Both the position numbers and the translations under genes were made by a program. A stretch of 64,000 nt of DNA from Utricularia gibba (Eukaryota > Plantae > Magnoliophyta), in NCBI GenBank assembly GCA_002189035.1, contig NEEC01000004.1, positions 992,001 to 1,056,000 on the forward strand, written 5' to 3'. Under the pieces are notes generated by a model that was given only the letters and a program-made list of their open reading frames with translations, had not been told where the DNA came from and did no database searches. Positions 1-12,700 of this stretch are shown here, piece by piece. Positions within the stretch are counted from its first letter, which is position 1; every line of letters starts with the position of its first letter.

Positions 1-1200
1 TGCGGCAAACAACTCTAACTGGCTTCAGAAAAAGATCCTAAACAAAACAAGAGTTGGTTTGCTCTAAATATGAAAAAATGCAGCGAGAGGATGCCTGAAG
101 TATCAACCAACCACGTTTTGGCACACAAGCAATAGAATCTCATAGGTTGCTGAAAGTCAAGAGCTACAGGAAAAAAACGTCTCACAGTATGTTGACACCT
201 AACGTTCATGCATGCGACATAGCACATGGTGCCACATAAATATCACGGAAAGAAATCCAAATAACACCATACCTCTGATTTTGATTTATTCGCAGATTCA
301 GTAAGAGATATCATTTTTGAGTGTGACGTGAGCCTTGAAGCTTAATTGCTCTCTTCGTATCATGTTTTTGTCCTTAGCTCAGCTACAGAATAAGTGTATT
401 CAAAGAAAAAATATTCATAACTGAAAGTCGCAGATAAAAGAGCTGTTCAGACTATTGCGGATAAAAGAAAAAAACTGTTCAAGCTATTGTAAAAATGTAG
501 ACTCGTAGGTTTTTGAAGACTTCGAAGAAATAATATGCTGAAACGTGCTTTACCATATCAGGTTCCTCTCATGACTCCCTTTTCTCCTAACGCAATTTCC
601 TTCGTCATCAGCATCGATCATCACGGGTAGATTCAAAATTGATCTTGATGCCTGTGATGGATCGACTACTCGATGTAAAGTCGCATAGCTGCACAGGTAG
701 TTAAGCAAACAACGATAGGAACACATGAATCATCTCACGGTCTGCTACTCCATTTTCTTTGTCTCATGGAAAAAAGATCAAAGATTTTCACTCAAGGAGT
801 AGAGGAAACGATCAAAACACACGCAGGAAAAAACTAGAAACGAAACACTTCAGTGAACTAAATGTGACCCGAACAAAATCCATCTGAAACGCTTAAAAAT
901 GATTACTTTGGAAACATGATCGAGCTCTGCAAACTCGAAAGCGATACCAAGTCAACGAAATAGAGGAAAGAGTAGAGAGCAAACGCGGGCGAACCTCCTC
1001 ATTTGGAGCCGGGGCTCATCTTCAAATGCCCGCCAATTCTTGAACGCCTCCGCCAATATCTTCAGAAACACGGTGATCGATCGTTGATCCGCCGTATTGA
1101 AGTCAAACCGGCTGATTCACGATTCAGATTCCTGATCGTCAATTCCGAACATCAAAGATTGCAGTCCGTGAGAAGATCATGCCTCACGGCCGTTTTCTTA
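1..1200 (-). ncRNA. Putative spliced non-coding transcript or long uORF-rich 5' leader of an off-window gene, divergent from AMT1
   Basis: The minus strand shows ordered splice signals: donor TTG|GTATCG (exon ends 948), acceptor TGTGCAG| at 688, donor ATG|GTAAAG (554), acceptor TCTGTAG| at 382, donor GAG|GTATGG (273), acceptor TTTTTTCCTGTAG| at 163. The intervening stretches are U-rich. The joined exons contain only short ORFs. Confidence 0.3.
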
Positions 1201-1437
1201 AAAAAAATTCAAATATTAAAATTATTGATCTCGGAAAAATAAAATAAAAGGCTATTTAAGATGAACGGTGGTGACATGTGACTTGGACCAATCAGAATCA
1301 TTTAAACGAGGCGTGCATTCCTATCCACAAATTCAGGGTTTGTTGAGTTGGAGGTCGCATCATAATCGGAACTCACCACTCTATACTCCTGGTCAGTTGA
1401 GATCCCTCCATCAACCCTCACACTCTCCGGCCGAGCT

Positions 1438-2931
1438 ATGGCTTCTCCTCCGCTGACATGTTCGGCGGAGCAACTCGCGCCGCTCTTCGGTCCCAACATC
1501 ACTAACGCCGTCGGTGCGGCGGAGTTTATCTGCGCACGGTTCTCAACCGTGTCCAACAGGTTCACAGACGCGGGGTACGCGATCGACTCCACCTACCTTC
1601 TCTTCTCCGCCTATCTCGTCTTCTCCATGCAATTAGGGTTCGCGATGCTTTGTGCCGGCTCCGTTCGAGCTAAAAACACTATGAATATCATGCTCACGAA
1701 TGTTCTGGATGCGGCTGCCGGTGGCCTTTTTTATTACCTTTTTGGGTTCGCGTTCGCTTTCGGTGGTCCGTCTAATGGATTCATCGGCCGCCACTTTTTC
1801 GGTCTCAATGAGATCCCTTCTGATTCCTTCGATTACAGCAATTTTCTTTACCAGTGGGCGTTTGCGATTGCTGCCGCAGGGATTACCAGTGGATCTATTG
1901 CAGAGAGAACTCAGTTTGGGGCTTATATGATATACTCTTCTTTTCTCACCGGATTTGTTTACCCCGTCGTTTCTCATTGGTTTTGGTCGTCGGATGGCTG
2001 GGGTAGCGCCTTCAACACTTCAGATCTGCTTTTCGGCTCAGGGGTTATCGATTTTGCCGGATCTGGAGTCGTTCACATGGTCGGTGGGATCGCCGGATTT
2101 TACGGTGCCCTCATTGAAGGTCCCAGAATCGGTCGGTTCGATCATGCCGGTAGAGCTGTGACTCTCCGCGGCCACAGCGCCTCTCTCGTCGTTCTGGGCA
2201 CCTTTCTCCTCTGGTTCGGGTGGTACGGTTTCAATCCCGGTTCGTTCAACAAGATTTTCGTCCATTACAACAGCGGAAACTACTATGGCCAATGGTCGGC
2301 GGTGGGTCGCACGGCGGTTACCACCACTCTCGCCGGATGCACCGCTGCGTTAACCACACTCTTCGGCAAAAGACTGCTCTCCGGCCACTGGAACGTCACC
2401 GACGTCTGCAACGGACTTCTCGGCGGCTTCGCGGCCATCACTTCCGGCTGCTCCGTTGTGGAGCCGTGGGCAGCAATCATCTGCGGGTTCGTCGCCGCTC
2501 TGGTCCTCATCGGTTGCAACAAACTAGCGGAGACCCTAAAATACGACGATCCACTTGAAGCCGCGCAGCTCCACGGCGGTTGCGGCGCGTGGGGGATAAT
2601 ATTCACCGCCCTCTTCGCCACGAAACGATACGTGAAGGAGGTATACCCCGATCGACCTAACGGTACGTACGGATTGTTCATGGGCGGCGGCGGACAGTTA
2701 CTCGCAGCGCATTTGGTTCAGATTTTGGCTATCGTGTCGTGGGTGAGCATCACAATGGGTCCGCTCTTCTGGTTCCTGCGCCGGATGAACCTCCTGAGAA
2801 TTTCCGAAGAAGATGAGCTCGCAGGGATGGACTTGACCCGCCATGGAGGCTTTGCATACGCTTATGACGATGAAGATTCATCGAAGCATGGAAGCATACA
2901 GCTCAGGAAAATTACCAACTCAGGAATTTGA
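1438..2931 (+). CDS. AMT1: Ammonium transporter, AMT1 family (497 aa, intronless)
   Basis: Single ORF with AMT1 hallmarks: [47 protein letters not shown], twin-His pore residues (SHWFWS, QLHGG), N-terminal Cys pair and C-terminal regulatory [12 protein letters not shown]. Confidence 0.98.
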   Translation: MASPPLTCSAEQLAPLFGPNITNAVGAAEFICARFSTVSNRFTDAGYAIDSTYLLFSAYLVFSMQLGFAMLCAGSVRAKNTMNIMLTNVLDAAAGGLFYYLFGFAFAFGGPSNGFIGRHFFGLNEIPSDSFDYSNFLYQWAFAIAAAGITSGSIAERTQFGAYMIYSSFLTGFVYPVVSHWFWSSDGWGSAFNTSDLLFGSGVIDFAGSGVVHMVGGIAGFYGALIEGPRIGRFDHAGRAVTLRGHSASLVVLGTFLLWFGWYGFNPGSFNKIFVHYNSGNYYGQWSAVGRTAVTTTLAGCTAALTTLFGKRLLSGHWNVTDVCNGLLGGFAAITSGCSVVEPWAAIICGFVAALVLIGCNKLAETLKYDDPLEAAQLHGGCGAWGIIFTALFATKRYVKEVYPDRPNGTYGLFMGGGGQLLAAHLVQILAIVSWVSITMGPLFWFLRRMNLLRISEEDELAGMDLTRHGGFAYAYDDEDSSKHGSIQLRKITNSGI

Positions 2932-3715
2932 CTCTCAGTGTAGAATTTTAAATATTAGTTATTTTATTTTGTTGTTTTTTTAAATTTTAGATTGCATTTG
3001 GTTGTGTTTGATTCCTAACGCTTTTGATTTTTAAAGCTTTTATTTGATAAAATTAAATTCTATCCAAATATATATTTTTTATTTGTACTTATTAACTTAC
3101 ACTCAATTATAAATGACATAATAAGAGAAATAGTTTAGAATAAATTAAAGTTTGGAATATAATATTTTAATTTTAGATAAAAAAAATGATAGCAAGATAC
3201 ATTAATTTATTACATAAGTTGGGTTAGTATTTAAATATATATAATATGTTTGTGTAATAAAATTGATTGTATTAATATTCAATTTTTATATTAATATGTG
3301 AAATAAAAAATGAAGATAATAGCATTTGTAAATGAGTCTATTCTCGTGTCAAATATTAAATACATGACAACGTGTTTCCTTAATTAGAAAAAAGGTGGAT
3401 TCTATTTTGGTGCATTTGGAAGATGCCGTAGCCGGGAAAGAGCAGAGAAGGAGAAAAACATGCGTTGATTCGTTTTCGCACCTGTGTCCCTGTGATCATA
3501 CGTTTCCGAATCACCATCCGTCACCTTGTTCTAAGGAACATCATCCAGTGCAGCGATTGCGATCCAGAGAGGAGAAAAATATGCATCGGTTGATGGCAGG
3601 CTACGTCGACGTGAAACCGGACCTGCATGGATTGATATGAGAAGCTTTTAATGGGTTTTGTGGAATTCTGCGTTTGAGCAACAAATCCTTGAGACCAACT
3701 GCTATCGATCGTGGA

Positions 3716-6700
3716 ATGGTACGCATTGTTCATTTATCTTCGTTTTTTTGACTGTTCGAAGATGGGTGCTCTGATTGATGGAATGCGCGTGAAATGATGA
3801 TGTTTAGTTATAATGTTTCTTATGACCCGTTAATCAAGTCCTCCAGAATCTAGCCATATGTTACCTCCCGGGCAATCTTTATGGAATAAATGGATATCGC
3901 ATACGTTCTCAATTCCATTTGTAACTTTTACAGCTTTCTGTCAAGTGGTTTTTATTTTTCTTTTCTTCTTTGTGGTCTCGTCACAATGATACTTTGGGCC
4001 TCAGCGAGCACTCGGGATATGTTTCCAGCTGAAAAATACAACGCTTTTACGGTCACAAATGTGTCTTTCATAAAATTTAGCTGATAGTGGGAATGTTTAG
4101 TTCTAAGAAGTCCCACGATAGGAAGCCAAATGCCTCTGGTACTAGTATTCTCTTTTAAAGGTAGTTTCTTTGGGAGATCAGAGTATGCGATTATGATTCG
4201 AACATTTTATATTTGCGAAAGCAGAATATTCAGAGTAATACATTAGAATAAGGTTGATGTGAAGTCATCGCCATGAAAAAATGTGGGCAGCTTTGATAGA
4301 GAACGAAATGAGTATGGGCTAGGAAAGTAATACACTAGCGGCCTTGCACTTGCAGATGGTGGACTACTAAATGTAGATTTTCTTTTTAAGTGCATCTAAC
4401 AGAAGTCACTGAAGTTTTCTACGAAGGTTAATTCATGTGAAGAATTAATGCAACTATATCATGAGGTTCTAAATCGAAATTTATTTGCAAGTTAATGAGG
4501 TTCTGAACATGATTTACGAATTTAAGATGTATTAATGTATTTGGTTTCAACTCTATTTGTTTTGTTCTTTGTGATGAAAATTTGGCTTGTGTACAGGCTT
4601 CTCTATCCAGTATAGCAGTTGGGTCTCAGGTATGGGTGGAGGATCCCGAGGTGGCATGGATAGATGGTGAAGTTTTGGAGGTTAACAATGAAATGATCAA
4701 AATACTTTGTTCATCAGGAAACACAGTAAGCATTTATGTTTAAACATAACTTGCATTTGTAGTTTTCTTGTGTGCCTTAAATAGCCGATGTTTATCTGCA
4801 AGTTTAGAGATGAACGTGCATATGGTTACTGGTCCCGTGTTTTATTTTAATTCTGCTGCATATTGTTACCTTTTCAAGAATCATGAATATTTTTCAAAGG
4901 ATCTTTATATTATTAGTTGTTACTCAATACCTTGTTCGCAGACTGAAGCCACCCCAGAGGCTGTCTACCCAAAAGATCCTGAGGCCCCACCCTTTGGTGT
5001 GGATGATATGACAAAGCTCTCTTATCTGCACGAGCCCGGAGTTTTGCACAATTTGAAATGTAGATATGATATGAACCACATATATGTAAGTACTCTGCTG
5101 GCGTCTGACTATGAATGATATTTCCTTCTCTGCTCTAACTCCCTAAGTCATGGATTTATTTTCTGCATTGTTAAAATGGAAGCATCATGGATTTGTTTTC
5201 GCTGCATTGCATTGAATCCTTCATTTTTTTTTTTTGCTTTTTAATGATGATGTATTACAATGCACTACGGAGCTCAAAAGGGTTAATAATTTTTCAGACC
5301 TACACTGGCAGCATATTGATAGCAATAAATCCATTTCAACGGTTGATACATCTATATGACAATATGGATGAGTATAAGGGAGTAGGACTTGGAGAACTTA
5401 GTCCACACCCTTTTGCAATTGCTGATGCTGCTTACAGGCAAATATTTTTGTTCTTCATGATACGCAATAATGACTTAGATTCCAATGAGGAGTATTTTGG
5501 AATTCCAGGCAAATGATTAAAGAAGAGTTAAGCCAATCAATTTTGGTTAGTGGAGAGAGTGGAGCAGGTAAAACTGAGAGCACTAAAATGCTTATGCGGT
5601 ATCTTGCATACATAGGAGGAGGTAGCGCTCAGGCTGAGGGGCAAACTCTAGAGCAGCGAGTTCTTGAGGTATGTCGTGCATCTTTTTGTCTAGTTTTCTG
5701 GCTACAACTCATTCCCGTTGAAGCTATTGAGTACAAGTGGTAAAATGAATTGTTTTGACATCATTCGAGTGCCCTAGACTATTCCTAGGATTTGAATCAG
5801 AGGCTTACTGAATAGAACTGGCGGGAAGGGATACACAAACAATAGAAGCTAGATTTTCTCAAATGTTTCTTTCTTTTCCTATGGTCATCATCCTCTTCCT
5901 TTTCAGTCAAGTCCTGTTCTGGAAGCTTTTGGCAATGCAAAAACTGTCCGAAATAACAATTCAAGGTCGGTTAAGTTATGAATAAAACAACTTTTTGATT
6001 GAGGTTATCATAAAAAAGAGTCACAAAGTTATTGTGTAAAATGTAACTGATACCATCTTGCAGCCGGTTCGGAAAATTTGTGGAACTTCAGTTCAATGGA
6101 AGAGGTAGGATATCAGGGGCTGCGATAAGAACATATTTGCTAGAAAGATCACGCGTATGCCAAGTTTCAGATCCTGAAAGAAACTATCACTGCTTCTACA
6201 TGCTCTGTGCTGCACCAAAAGAGGTCGGGAAAATGTTTTTCTCTGGTCTGCCATCTTAATTTTAGTAGAGAATTTCAAGTTTGAATCAATTTTTTAAAAA
6301 GAAATTGATTGGGACATCGTATTGAAATTTCTGGTTTTATTGCATGACTCAATGTTCAAATCTTAAACAGGAAATCAAAAAATACAAATTGGGGAATCCC
6401 AATATGTTTCATTATTTGAATCAGTCGGGTTGCTATGAATTGAATGGAATTGATGATTCCGAAGAGTATCTTTCAACAAAGAGAGCAATGGATGTAGTTG
6501 GAATAAGTTCTGAAGAGCAGGTATCAGAACTCTTGTCGTGTGGGTTATCATGCAGTGCCTGATTCATATATTTTCAAGGCCTCTTTTGACAGGGAGCAAT
6601 TTTTAGAGTTGTGGCAGCAATTCTACACCTGGGTAACATTGAATTTGATAAAGTAAGTGATGGCGATGCTTCAAAACCCAAGGATGATAAATCTCAATTC

Positions 6701-9700
6701 CATCTGAAAACCGCTGCTGAGCTTTTGATGTAATTATTCTCTTAAACTACATGTCTTTAGCATAATCGTTCGATTATTATACTGCAAATCATGCCTAGGT
6801 GTGATGAGATTTCTCTCGAAGACTCCCTCTGCAAACGTGTCATGGTTACTCGCGATGAGACCATAACAAAAAGTCTCAGTCCAAATGATGCAACTCTCAG
6901 TAGAGATGCTTTGGCAAAAATCATCTATTCAAGATTGTTTGATTGGTTAGTGATCTACAATGTGCCATTTTCTTGTGATTGATTACTTCATATGGTATAC
7001 TAAGGTATACTTACTTTTCTGGGTTAGGCTTGTGAACAAAATCAACAGTTCCATCGGCCAAGATGCTGATTCAAAGTTTTTAATTGGAGTGCTGGATATC
7101 TATGGTTTTGAAAGTTTCAAGACAAACAGGTGCTTGCGCGGTATGCTTAGCCCTTAACATGATAGACATTAATTTGAGTGCCAATGATTATCGCATTATG
7201 ATTCATATAACATTCGAGATTGTTCATGGATATGCCTTATTTTTACCTTTTTTTTTTGCAAGCACAAAGGATATAGATTGTTTTTTTACTTCAATAAATA
7301 TATTGCACCATTCATTGCTTCATTTATTTGATTTTTTCGCTCTATATTAATCTTATACTTTTATGTGCTTATAGTGTGAATTGACGTTTTTGCATATATC
7401 TTGCAGTTTTGAGCAGTTTTGCATAAATCTGACAAATGAGAAGTTGCAGCAACACTTTAACCAGGTCAGCGAACAAAGTTCTGCCCTTACTGTACATATT
7501 ATGAATTAGAACTCAAAGCATTATTTACTCAGGGAAAATTTAGCTTTCTAGTTATTGCTACTGTGAGCGCATAAAATTTGCAGGATCTTGATTTTGTATG
7601 ACATGTTTTTGCATATCACAGCAAATTTTCAAGATGGAGCAAGAAGAATATCTGAAGGAAGAAATTAATTGGAGCTACATAGAGTTTGTTGACAATCAAG
7701 AAATACTTGATCTCATTGAAAAGGTTTACCTTATCCTTTCCATTGGAACTATTTATTGCCCCATTTATATTTCTTTATCATCTTCATGGCTTTGTTTTTC
7801 TTCTTCTGATAAATGGTTGACTTGAATTTCTTACTCCCAGAAACCTGGTGGTATCATTGCTCTTCTCGATGAAGCATGGTAATGCTTGCCTTTCTTTTCT
7901 TTGATATTTATAATTGTATTTCTTCCAGAAACTTATGGTACTACATTTCCATAGTATGTTTCCAAGATCTACACATGAAACATTTGCTGAAAAGCTTTAT
8001 CAAACATTCAAGGATCACAAACGATTTACCAAGCCAAAGTTATCACGGACTGGCTTTACCATTAGCCATTATGCGGGTGATGTATGTATGTTGTATTGCA
8101 GTTTATAAAAGAAGAAGCCTCGATATAGATTCTCTTTCACATAGCTTCCGCATATTGCAGGTAACCTACCAGACAGAACATTTCTTGGATAAAAACAAAG
8201 ACTATGTTGTGGCTGAGCATCAGGCTCTCCTTAGTGCCTCAAGATGCAACTTTGTCTCAGGACTTTTTCCTCCTTTGCCGGAGGAGTCTTCTAAAACATC
8301 AAAATTTTCGTCGATCGGTTCTCGATTTAAGGTTCCTAATTCATTTTTCTATTTCCTGTATTTTGAAGGTGTGCTTGCCTCCATCTTACTTCTCATGTTT
8401 AATTCAGCAACAACTTCAAGCTCTTCTTGAAACTCTTAGTGCTACTGAACCGCATTATATTCGCTGTGTGAAGCCTAATAATCTCCTAAAGCCAGGCATA
8501 TTTGAGAATTCTAACGTTCTCCAACAGCTCCGGTGCGGGGTGAGTTCACATTCATTTTCCTCTCTCTACTTTGTTCCTTCATTCCTTCATGGATTAGTTA
8601 AGTTTACCTCAAGGTATATGGAGTCATCCTTATACAGAATTCGTAATTGCTATCATGGGTTTGTTCCAGGGTGTGATGGAAGCGATCAGAATAAGTTGTG
8701 CTGGATATCCCACCAGGAAATCTTTCGATGAGTTCATAATCCGTTTTAAGATACTTGAGCCTGATGCTTTATCTAGAAGGTGAACTCACCAACCAATGTA
8801 TATTTCTTGTGCATGACAATGGAATTACAGTTTATATTTCGTTGAAAAACTTTTGTTTTCAGTGGCATTAATATTATCCATCTTTAGGGATACTAAAGTA
8901 TCCATGGGATGTACCACCTCCTTTTTTCCTGTATACTTTCTAGATATATTTTACAAACAAGAGTTCATATTCAGCTATATAGCTATTCTTTTGATCCATT
9001 TGGACCATTTTAATGCATTATTGTATCTTTCTTTCTTTTTTATAGTTCAAATCCCAACATTGTCCCCTTCATCGCCTTTTGAAATTCCTATGCAGTATTT
9101 TCATGGGATTCATAGATATAAAAACAATATGAGAGTACTGATGGTAATACTTGCGCCTGTAATAGATGTGATGAGGTCACAGCATGCAGCATAATTCTGA
9201 AGAAAGCTGATTTGAAAGGGTATCAGGTGCTCTATTATATACATTATACACATTTAAATTAATGTAAAAGTAAGGACATGGTCACTCTTGATATGATAGG
9301 CAAAGTATACAAATAAACGTATGGTGATTGTTTCAACATTTGGCCTAATTATTGAGGCAGATTTAACAATCCAAATGCCAGTGAACTCTTCAACTTGCTG
9401 TCTATTTTTCATGCATGATATATTAGTGTCTAGATTAGAAGTAAGCTATTCGAATATTTATATTAGATCTTTTCATGACGACGCATATTGAATTGAAGGT
9501 TTAAATGTAGATATCATTCTTTATTACAAAATCTTTGAGCAGAAAAATATTCCCAATGTGATATTTTTCAGATTGGCAAAACGAAGGTCTTTCTTAGAGC
9601 TGGCCAGATGGCAGAACTAGATGCTTGCCGCAATCGTATCCTTGCGCTATCAGCTACCAAAATACAACGGAAGTTTCTTACTTATCTGACTAATAAAAAC

Positions 9701-12700
9701 TTCAAGTTGATCTGCACGGCAGCTTTACATATTCAAGCAGTATGCAGAGGTGATTATTGTAGCTGAAGTTATTTTTAATATGTTGTACACACCCGCATAA
9801 TCCATTTCAAGCTTTTTACAAGTGTGTATCATTTATGGTATCAGGGCAAGTTGCTCGTCATTTATATGAGCATAAGAAGAGGGTCGCTGCAGCTTCAGTT
9901 ATCCAGAAAGATGCTAGGATGTTTATTTCTAGAAAGGCTTATCTGCTATATCGCTCGTCTGCTATTGTAATTCAAACAGGACTAAGAGGGATTGCGGCAC
10001 GCTGTGACCTTATATTCAGAAGGCAAAACAAAGCAGCAATAATCCTGCAGGTAATCTGATAAAGGAAAAAAGCATTGTAAATGATGATGAATTCTTTTCA
10101 ACACTTCTTTTTGAGCCCTTCACTTGCTCTTACCCCAACCCTTTTTAACTAGCTATTCCCTGCATTTACCTTTCATGCAAGCAGACACATTTTCGTGGAT
10201 ACCTGGCATACTGCTGGTATATGCAGCTGAAGAGGGCCACAATTGCAATCCAGTGCTCATGTAGGTGGAGTTTCGCTTCCAGACAACTGCAAAACCATAG
10301 AACTGTGAGTCATCGAATTTCATATCACTGAATATTGTGTCGACCATGTTTTTTCATTAGCAAAACGAATGAAGTCAGTCAAATACTGCGTCTCATAAGA
10401 GAGTTTCTTGAAGCCACAATAGTGGCTGCTGCTTATTACAGCTTATTGAAACAGTATGCTGGCCAAAAAAATATCCTAAAAAATACTGAGTTTAGACATT
10501 CATGCAGTTTAAGTTTTTATCTTTATCTGAGGAAAACTGTAAACAATCAGAGGAATCAATGCAGTGAAATTTGAAAACAAAACCTAAATTTAAATTCCCG
10601 TAACCATTTCCACGCTGCTTGGCTTGAAGCTTTCAACTGAACTTTGTGCTATCATGCCCTTCGGTAATCTGCTGACAATCTTTTAGGTTTAGTTATATTT
10701 CCTTGCATGACATATTTTTATCTATTTTTTTTGTCTCCTATTCGTGTGAGAGGATGCAAATTTACTCAGTATAAAACTCGTCTAACTGTATTGTCTCAGG
10801 CTGCAAGGGAGACTGGTGCACTTCAAGAAGCCAAAACAAGGCTTGAAAAGCAAGTTCAGGATTTGAAGTTTGAATTGCAGTTGGAGAAACAGAAGAGGGT
10901 AATCCATTTATTTTCTTTTAAACCTATTGCTATGTAGTATGTAGAAATCACGTCTTCAATTATGATTTCTTTTTCGTAGGTTGAGGTTGAGACAGTTAAA
11001 AATCTGGAGGTAGCCAAGTTGCAATCTGCTTTAGAGGAAATGAAATTGCATTATGAGGGAAGTCCACTTGGAAACACACATGCTCTGAATACCGATGAAC
11101 TTGACAAATTAACAGCTGAAAATGAAAAGCTCAAGGTGAGGGCAAATTTAATCTTTGTATCTTAAATTATAATGGTTGAAGAATTTTTAACATACTGACT
11201 AAAACATGAAAAAGCATATCTGATGTAACAATTTGGTTATCAGCTGGTGAACTATTATCTAAATTTTAAAATGTCTTGGCTTCTTTACCAGATACTTGTA
11301 AGTTCTTTGGAGGGGGCACTCGATGCGACAAAGAAGAATGCAGCTATGGAACCGCAGTCTGAGTTTGAGGAAATGAAAGTGCAACATGAAGGAAGTTTTC
11401 CTGGAAATACACACATTGCTAATAGCAGTGAACTTGACAAACTAACAGATGAAAACGAAAGGCTCAAGGTGAGGCCAAATTTTCATTTTTCTATCTTGAA
11501 TTACAATAAAAATATTTTAATGGCCAAAAGAAAATAAAGGTATGTCGGATCTGGAACAATTTTTTCTTATCAGCTAGTGAAATATTCCCATAATTGTAAA
11601 ATATCTCGAATTCTTGAAACCAGCTACTAGTGAGTTCTCTTGAGAGGACGTTAGATGAAACAAAGAAGAATGCAGCAGTGAAAGCTCTACCTATTGAAAG
11701 ATATTCCGTAGGGGAGCCTAAAGAAGTTAATACCAACGATGAAAATGAGCAGCTTAAGGTCCAATCTGTCTTTTCTGTTGGATTTATATGTATTGCCAGA
11801 ACCTTAAATTCTCCTTTAGGCTGTGATTAACTTTTGTTTTTCCAGGTATTAGTATCTTCCCTGGAAAAGAAAATTGATGAAACCGAAAAGAAGTATGAAG
11901 ATACTAACAAGCTTAGTGAGGAAAGATTAAAGCAAGCCATGGAGGCAGAGTCAAAGATAACTGACTTGAAGAATGAAATCCGGAGGTTTGATCTTTTGTA
12001 ATCTCATTCTATGTCTTCTTTTTCTTCTTTATTTTGGTTAGCCCTCATTGAACTATTCTAGTTACATACCAATAACGATTTTTTAAATGTCATAATGCGT
12101 ACTTCTTTGCTTCCACTGAAGGCTTCAAGAGAAAATTTCCAGTATTGAAGCCAGTCAACATGTTATCCGCCAACAGGCTTCAATAAGGTGTCCTTCTGGG
12201 AAAGTGTCTGGGCATCAAGCTCCTCAGGTTAGAGCTTATCCGAGTTTTACATTTGGGAATTGTTTATTGTTTTTATTAATATGCTCTTCTCTACAGCCTA
12301 TGGAGTGATCATCGTTTAAGTGAAACATATTCCCAGATTTTCATTTCTCTAGTAACTGCAAGAATTTGAAGCAAATGTAGCAACATCTATAAGCTTAATC
12401 ATGTTACATTATTTCGTGCACAGGAGCCTCAAAGTATGAAATCCATGAAAAAGTTGGCCGAATCTGATAGCATGCTGAGGAAATCAACTATTGAAAGGCA
12501 GCGTGTATGTTGCATCTGGATTTAAGGCATTCCAAATTATGCCCATATCTTTCTCAAACCCTAAATTTAATTCCGTGTAATTCATTTGTGCATTTGCAGG
12601 AGAATTTGGACATTCTTATTAGGTGCATCTCAAAAGATCTTGGATTTAGTGAAGGAAAACCAGTTGCTGCATTTACCATTTACAAATGCCTTATTCATTG

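Noticed and set aside
428-490. Degenerate tandem duplication (GCAGATAAAAGA...CTGTTCA...CTATT twice)
   Set aside because: Two short diverged copies in an intron-like stretch; no functional signal.
557-625. C/D snoRNA-like boxes on the minus strand (GTGATGA...CTGA...CTGA), including GAGAGGAACC that echoes the rRNA sarcin-ricin loop
   Set aside because: Short, weak terminal stem, and the rRNA-like decamer is in sense rather than guide orientation; no recognisable antisense element. An Infernal/Rfam scan would settle it.
7128-7170. Second donor-like GTATGC and a U12-like branch sequence CCTTAAC after FKTN in myosin
   Set aside because: The second donor is out of phase and there is no U12 5' splice site (RTATCCTT); the ordinary GT-AG junction N-S|FEQF explains the gene.
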